Positions 60,011 through 64,000 of a DNA stretch of 64,000 nucleotides are shown here, in pieces. Positions within the stretch are counted from its first letter, which is position 1. Every line of letters begins with the position of its first letter. The translations under genes were made by a program, and so were the position numbers. The notes below the pieces were generated by a model, which was given only the letters and a program-made list of their open reading frames with translations, had not been told where the DNA came from and did not search any database. Origin of the DNA: an uncultured Gammaproteobacteria bacterium (GTDB lineage Bacteria > Patescibacteriota > Patescibacteriia > Magasanikbacterales > GWA2-37-8); contig CAYHBZ010000002.1 in assembly GCA_964355175.1 (NCBI GenBank), positions 204,537 through 268,536 on the forward strand, in the 5' to 3' direction.

Positions 60011-61105
60011 ATGTTTAAATTATCCAAATTCTCCACGCGCAGTTTCGATTGGCTGTTGTTTTTTTCAGCTTTGCTTTTGTGTTTGCTTGGGTTGGCTGCG
60101 GTATACAGCGTGGGTTTGTCGCGCGGACCGCAAGATGCTTATTTTCGTAAACAATTAATCGCTTTGGGCATTGGGTTGACGGGACTATTTTTGGCCAGTT
60201 GGATGCAGCCGAGCTTTTTTCGATTGGGAGCAAAACCGTTTTATTTTTTGTCGATTTGTTTGATGGTGGCGGTGCTCGTGTTTGGGACTACCATTCGTGG
60301 TACGCGTGGTTGGTTTACTTTTGGCGGATTTTCTTTTCAGCCGGTGGAATTGGCCAAAGCCGCTTTGATTTTAATTTTAGGTTATTCTATTTCTAATTTT
60401 GGCCGGCGTTTTGAGCGGCCGCTTTATTTTTTTGGCACCTTGATAATCTCTCTTTTGTTAATAGGTTTGACCATGTTGCAACCGGATTTGGGATCGGCCG
60501 TATTGCTCGGCACTATTTGGTTTGGGCTTATGCTTCTCACCAAAGCCCGTCGGCTTTATATTTTTTCTTTTGTTGGTGCTGGTATTTTATTTTCGGTAGT
60601 GGCGTGGTTTTTTCTTTTACAGCCTTATCAGAAAGAGCGTGTTTTGACTTTTATCAATCCGGAGCGTGATCCGCTGGGGGCTGGTTATAATACGACGCAG
60701 GCGATTATTGCGGTGGGATCAGGACAATTTTTTGGCAAAGGACTTGGTTTTGGTTCCCAATCTCAGCTCCGATTTTTGCCGGAAGCTCAGACTGACTTTG
60801 TGTTTTCGGTGATTGGTGAGGAGCTCGGCTTTGCCGGAGTGGCCGTAATGTTGATTTTATTTGCGATTTTATTATGGCGGCTGTTGCTCTTGGCCGAAAA
60901 ATCTGATGATGATTTTGCTAGTGTGGTAGTCAGCGGGATTGCGGTTTTGTTTGCCGCGCAATTATTTATTAATGTAGGTGCCAATTTGGGTTTGTTGCCG
61001 GTGACTGGTGTGACTCTGCCGCTGGTAAGCTACGGTGGCTCATCTCTGATTATTAATCTGATTTTGGTGGGGGTGGCTCAGAGTATGGTGGTGAGAAGAT
61101 ATTAG
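60011..61105 (+). CDS. SEDS-family peptidoglycan glycosyltransferase (RodA/FtsW)
   Basis: 10-TM layout, FQPVELAKAALIL and PLVSYGGSSLI motifs; start at MFKLSKF. Confidence 0.8.
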   Translation: MFKLSKFSTRSFDWLLFFSALLLCLLGLAAVYSVGLSRGPQDAYFRKQLIALGIGLTGLFLASWMQPSFFRLGAKPFYFLSICLMVAVLVFGTTIRGTRGWFTFGGFSFQPVELAKAALILILGYSISNFGRRFERPLYFFGTLIISLLLIGLTMLQPDLGSAVLLGTIWFGLMLLTKARRLYIFSFVGAGILFSVVAWFFLLQPYQKERVLTFINPERDPLGAGYNTTQAIIAVGSGQFFGKGLGFGSQSQLRFLPEAQTDFVFSVIGEELGFAGVAVMLILFAILLWRLLLLAEKSDDDFASVVVSGIAVLFAAQLFINVGANLGLLPVTGVTLPLVSYGGSSLIINLILVGVAQSMVVRRY

Positions 61106-61106
61106 T

Positions 61107-62333
61107 ATGAATACAAAAAGTGTTCAAGAACGTAAAAAGAAATTGTCCGGTAATTTTCGCCGAATGTTTTTTGTACAAGCATTTTTGAGCGTGCGTACTT
61201 TAAATGTAGTGGCCGTTCTTTTTTATTTGGCCCGCGGTTTGAGTTTGTCGCAAGTGTTTTTTCTCTCTATCTTGTGGGCGGTGGTGAATATTTTATTTGA
61301 AGTTCCGTCGAGTTATCTGGCTGATCGCTGGGGGAGAAAGAAAACTATTATATTAAGTTCAATCTTGTTCTGTGTTTATAGTGTTTTGTTGATTTTCTCT
61401 CATTCGTTTGTAATGTTTAGTTTGAGTATATTTATGTTTGCTTTGGCCTACGCGTGTTTTTCCGGGACAGACGAAGCGCTGGTATACGACACTAGCCGCG
61501 AATTGGGAGAAAGCGAAGATAGTCTGCGTCGATTGGGGCAATATTCGGCGGCGGAGAAAATTTTTAAGATAATCACCCCGTTGATTGGGGTATTTGTGGC
61601 CAAAGATTTGGTAGAGTGGCAATTTGATTTATTGTTGGTCATTGATTCCCTAGCGGCTTTTTCTGGGCTGATTATTTCTTTATTTTTGGTCGAGCCAAAA
61701 CAATTTTTTGAAGTGGAAAAAGTGGAATCTGGAGTTTTTCATGACGCGTTAAAATTGGTCAAAAACAACCCCAATTTGATGAGGGCAATCTGTAACAGGG
61801 CTTTGGCCTTTACCAGTGTTTTTATTATCTGGCGTTATCATCAGGAATTATTTACCCGCATTGGCGCTCCGATTGTGGTGCTTGGTATCGGTTGGTCGGT
61901 GTTTAATATGATTGTGACCTTGATAAATTATTATATTGATCGTTTGTGGCCAAGTAAAAGTTTGACCACAAAAATTAATTATTTAAATTTTATAACGGTA
62001 TTTTTAATTGGTTTATTTTTGGTGATTTGGCATTTTTCTGCTCATTATTATTGGGTGCTTCTGGTATATTTTGGTATTAACATGGCGGAAAATGCGCGTT
62101 GGCCAATTTTTTCTGATTTGTTTAATAAATATAGTAATTCTTTTAATCGGGCCACCACTTTATCTTTATCCAATTTGGTAAAAAGTATTGGGGATATTCC
62201 GTTGTTGGCTGTGGCCAGTTTTTTGGTGGCGCGGGATTTGATTTATCCGGTATATTTTTTGTTAATAATTATTCTGCTGTCGAGTGTTATTTTTTATCTG
62301 CCAAAAAATTTGAAGTTTGAAAATAAATTTTAG
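61107..62333 (+). CDS. MFS transporter
   Basis: 12 predicted TM helices, ADRWGRKK motif between TM2-3. Confidence 0.7.
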   Translation: MNTKSVQERKKKLSGNFRRMFFVQAFLSVRTLNVVAVLFYLARGLSLSQVFFLSILWAVVNILFEVPSSYLADRWGRKKTIILSSILFCVYSVLLIFSHSFVMFSLSIFMFALAYACFSGTDEALVYDTSRELGESEDSLRRLGQYSAAEKIFKIITPLIGVFVAKDLVEWQFDLLLVIDSLAAFSGLIISLFLVEPKQFFEVEKVESGVFHDALKLVKNNPNLMRAICNRALAFTSVFIIWRYHQELFTRIGAPIVVLGIGWSVFNMIVTLINYYIDRLWPSKSLTTKINYLNFITVFLIGLFLVIWHFSAHYYWVLLVYFGINMAENARWPIFSDLFNKYSNSFNRATTLSLSNLVKSIGDIPLLAVASFLVARDLIYPVYFLLIIILLSSVIFYLPKNLKFENKF

Positions 62334-62351
62334 AAATGGTAGTTTATAGTC

Positions 62352-64000
62352 ATGTCCAAATTTAAAATACAATCCAAAATGAAACCAGCCGGCGATCAGC
62401 CCAAGGCGATAGAGCAGTTGGTGGAGGGAGTAAATAAAGGGTTTGCCAAACAGACCTTACTTGGTGTTACCGGTTCGGGTAAAACTTTTACGGTGGCGAA
62501 TGTAATTGAGCAGACGCAGAAGCCGACTTTGGTGATAGCGCACAACAAAACTTTGGCCGCTCAGCTTTGTAATGAATTTCGTGAATTGTTTCCAGATAGC
62601 GCGGTGGAATATTTTGTTTCTTTTTATGATTACTATCAGCCCGAGGCATACATGCCGCACACCGATACATATATTGAAAAAGAAGCGGTGATAAATGAAG
62701 AGATCGATCGTTTGCGCCATGCTTGTACGCAAGCTTTGTTGTCGCGTAAGGATGTGATTATTGTGTCTTCGGTTTCAGCTATTTATAATCTTGGTTCACC
62801 GACCGAATATGAACGCACCGTGATGCATTTGCGCGTGGGAGATGAATTGGATCGTCGCCAGATGATGGAAAAATTAATCGAGATGCAATTTGAGCGCACC
62901 AATAGTGATCTCAAGCGTGGTTTGTTTCGTATGACCGGACAGGTGTTTGAAATTGTGCCGGTGAATGAAGAAAAAATTTATCGTTTTGAAATTTCCAATC
63001 GCATTGAGCGAATCGAGCGACTGGATCCGGTGACACGCAAAGTAGAAAGAGAGCAAGAAGATATTTGGTTTTTTCCGGCCAAACATTATGTCGCTAGTCC
63101 GGCAGTAAAAGACCAAGCCTTTAAAGATATTAAGGCTGAATTGGAAGATCGTCTGAAAGAATTTGAGATGCAAGGAAAATTGCTCGAAGCGGAAAGATTG
63201 AAGCGACGTGTGAATTATGATTTGGAATTGATTCAGAATTTGGGATATTGTAGCGGTATTGAAAATTATTCTCGCCATTTTGATGGCCGCGCTCCCGGAC
63301 AGCCGGCTTTTACTTTGCTCGATTATTTCTTGCATTGTGATCCCAATTTTCTCACGGTAGTGGATGAATCGCATGTGACTATTCCGCAGGTACGTGGCAT
63401 GTATTTTGGTGATAAGGCACGTAAAGATGTTTTGATTGAACATGGTTTTCGTTTGCCTAGCGCGATTGATAATCGTCCACTGAAATACGATGAATTCGAA
63501 GCCCGCACCAAACAGATGATTTATGTATCCGCTACGCCGACTGAATTTGAAATTCAAAATAGTGAGCAGGTGGTACAGCAGGTAGTGCGTCCGACCGGTT
63601 TGATTGATCCGGAAATTTTGGTGTTGCCAGTGACCGGCAAAGGCAGTGTAAAATCTCAAATTGAAGATCTAGTCGTTCGTATCGATGAGCGAATAAAAAT
63701 AAATGAACGCGTGCTGGTAACAACTTTGACCAAAAAGATGGCCGAAGATCTTACCGGATATTTGGAAAAGAAAAAAGTAAAAGTGAGATATTTACACAGT
63801 GATATTGAAACACTCGAGCGTATTGAAATTATCACCTCGTTGCGCCGTGGTGAAATTGATGTAATCGTGGGTGTAAATCTTTTGCGTGAAGGTCTCGATA
63901 TGCCGGAAGTTTCTTTGGTTGCTATTTTGGATGCCGACAAAGAAGGTTTTTTGCGCAGTGAGACCAGTCTTATTCAGACTATCGGTCGTGCGGCTAGAAA
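62352..64000 (+). CDS. uvrB: excinuclease ABC subunit B (5' partial in window, continues past end)
   Basis: [10 protein letters not shown] Walker [16 protein letters not shown], helicase motifs; no stop before window end. Confidence 0.9.
   Translation, partial: MSKFKIQSKMKPAGDQPKAIEQLVEGVNKGFAKQTLLGVTGSGKTFTVANVIEQTQKPTLVIAHNKTLAAQLCNEFRELFPDSAVEYFVSFYDYYQPEAYMPHTDTYIEKEAVINEEIDRLRHACTQALLSRKDVIIVSSVSAIYNLGSPTEYERTVMHLRVGDELDRRQMMEKLIEMQFERTNSDLKRGLFRMTGQVFEIVPVNEEKIYRFEISNRIERIERLDPVTRKVEREQEDIWFFPAKHYVASPAVKDQAFKDIKAELEDRLKEFEMQGKLLEAERLKRRVNYDLELIQNLGYCSGIENYSRHFDGRAPGQPAFTLLDYFLHCDPNFLTVVDESHVTIPQVRGMYFGDKARKDVLIEHGFRLPSAIDNRPLKYDEFEARTKQMIYVSATPTEFEIQNSEQVVQQVVRPTGLIDPEILVLPVTGKGSVKSQIEDLVVRIDERIKINERVLVTTLTKKMAEDLTGYLEKKKVKVRYLHSDIETLERIEIITSLRRGEIDVIVGVNLLREGLDMPEVSLVAILDADKEGFLRSETSLIQTIGRAAR

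Overview
The window is an AT-rich (about 38-40% GC) bacterial chromosome segment. Gene content and style suggest a small-genome Patescibacteria/CPR-like organism: many membrane-anchored enzymes, VirB2/TrbC-like pilin proteins, and secE-nusG-rplK without a following rplA. Standard genetic code is assumed. Core housekeeping genes are clearly recognisable: DEAD-box helicase, pyrD, ABC-F ATPase, tRNA-dihydrouridine synthase, HU, RNase Y, truB, infB, trxA, dnaE, rel/spoT, RNase J, secG, uvrA, rplS, gmk, rluD, queA, mltG, rplK, nusG, secE, gyrB, a SEDS protein (RodA/FtsW family), an MFS transporter and partial uvrB. There are also three tRNAs (Met-CAU, Leu-CAG, Ile-UAU) and RNase P RNA. Several ORF-sized stretches at about 60% GC are embedded in this background, each flanked by host-like AT-rich promoters and terminators: a lipoprotein at 8037-8387, an inositol-monophosphatase-family gene at 16681-17505, a basic peptide at 19542-19733, a non-coding element at 22823-22990, a small membrane protein at 32235-32450, and a 6 kb island at 50780-56815. 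The most striking feature is this 6 kb island between secE and gyrB. It encodes five same-strand envelope proteins (two paralogous small membrane proteins, a 642-aa multi-TM coiled-coil protein and two lipoproteins). Each gene has its own repeated TTCTTTACAAT promoter module and hairpin. The island is punctuated by three canonical type III hammerhead ribozymes (CUGAUGA-GUCC...GGAC-GAAAC, GUC cleavage triplet, covarying stems I and III). It also carries paralogous structured RNA motifs that show compensatory changes. Other notable items are three interspersed repeat or structured-RNA families (a 110-nt element with stem covariation, a REP-like hairpin unit, and a CCCGAC-loop-GTCGGG hairpin reused in terminators and in RNase P RNA), a 180-bp perfect long inverted-repeat element, a cupredoxin lipoprotein next to a DoxX protein with a Cys-rich tail, and a LAGLIDADG-like HTH protein overlapping tRNA-Ile(UAU).
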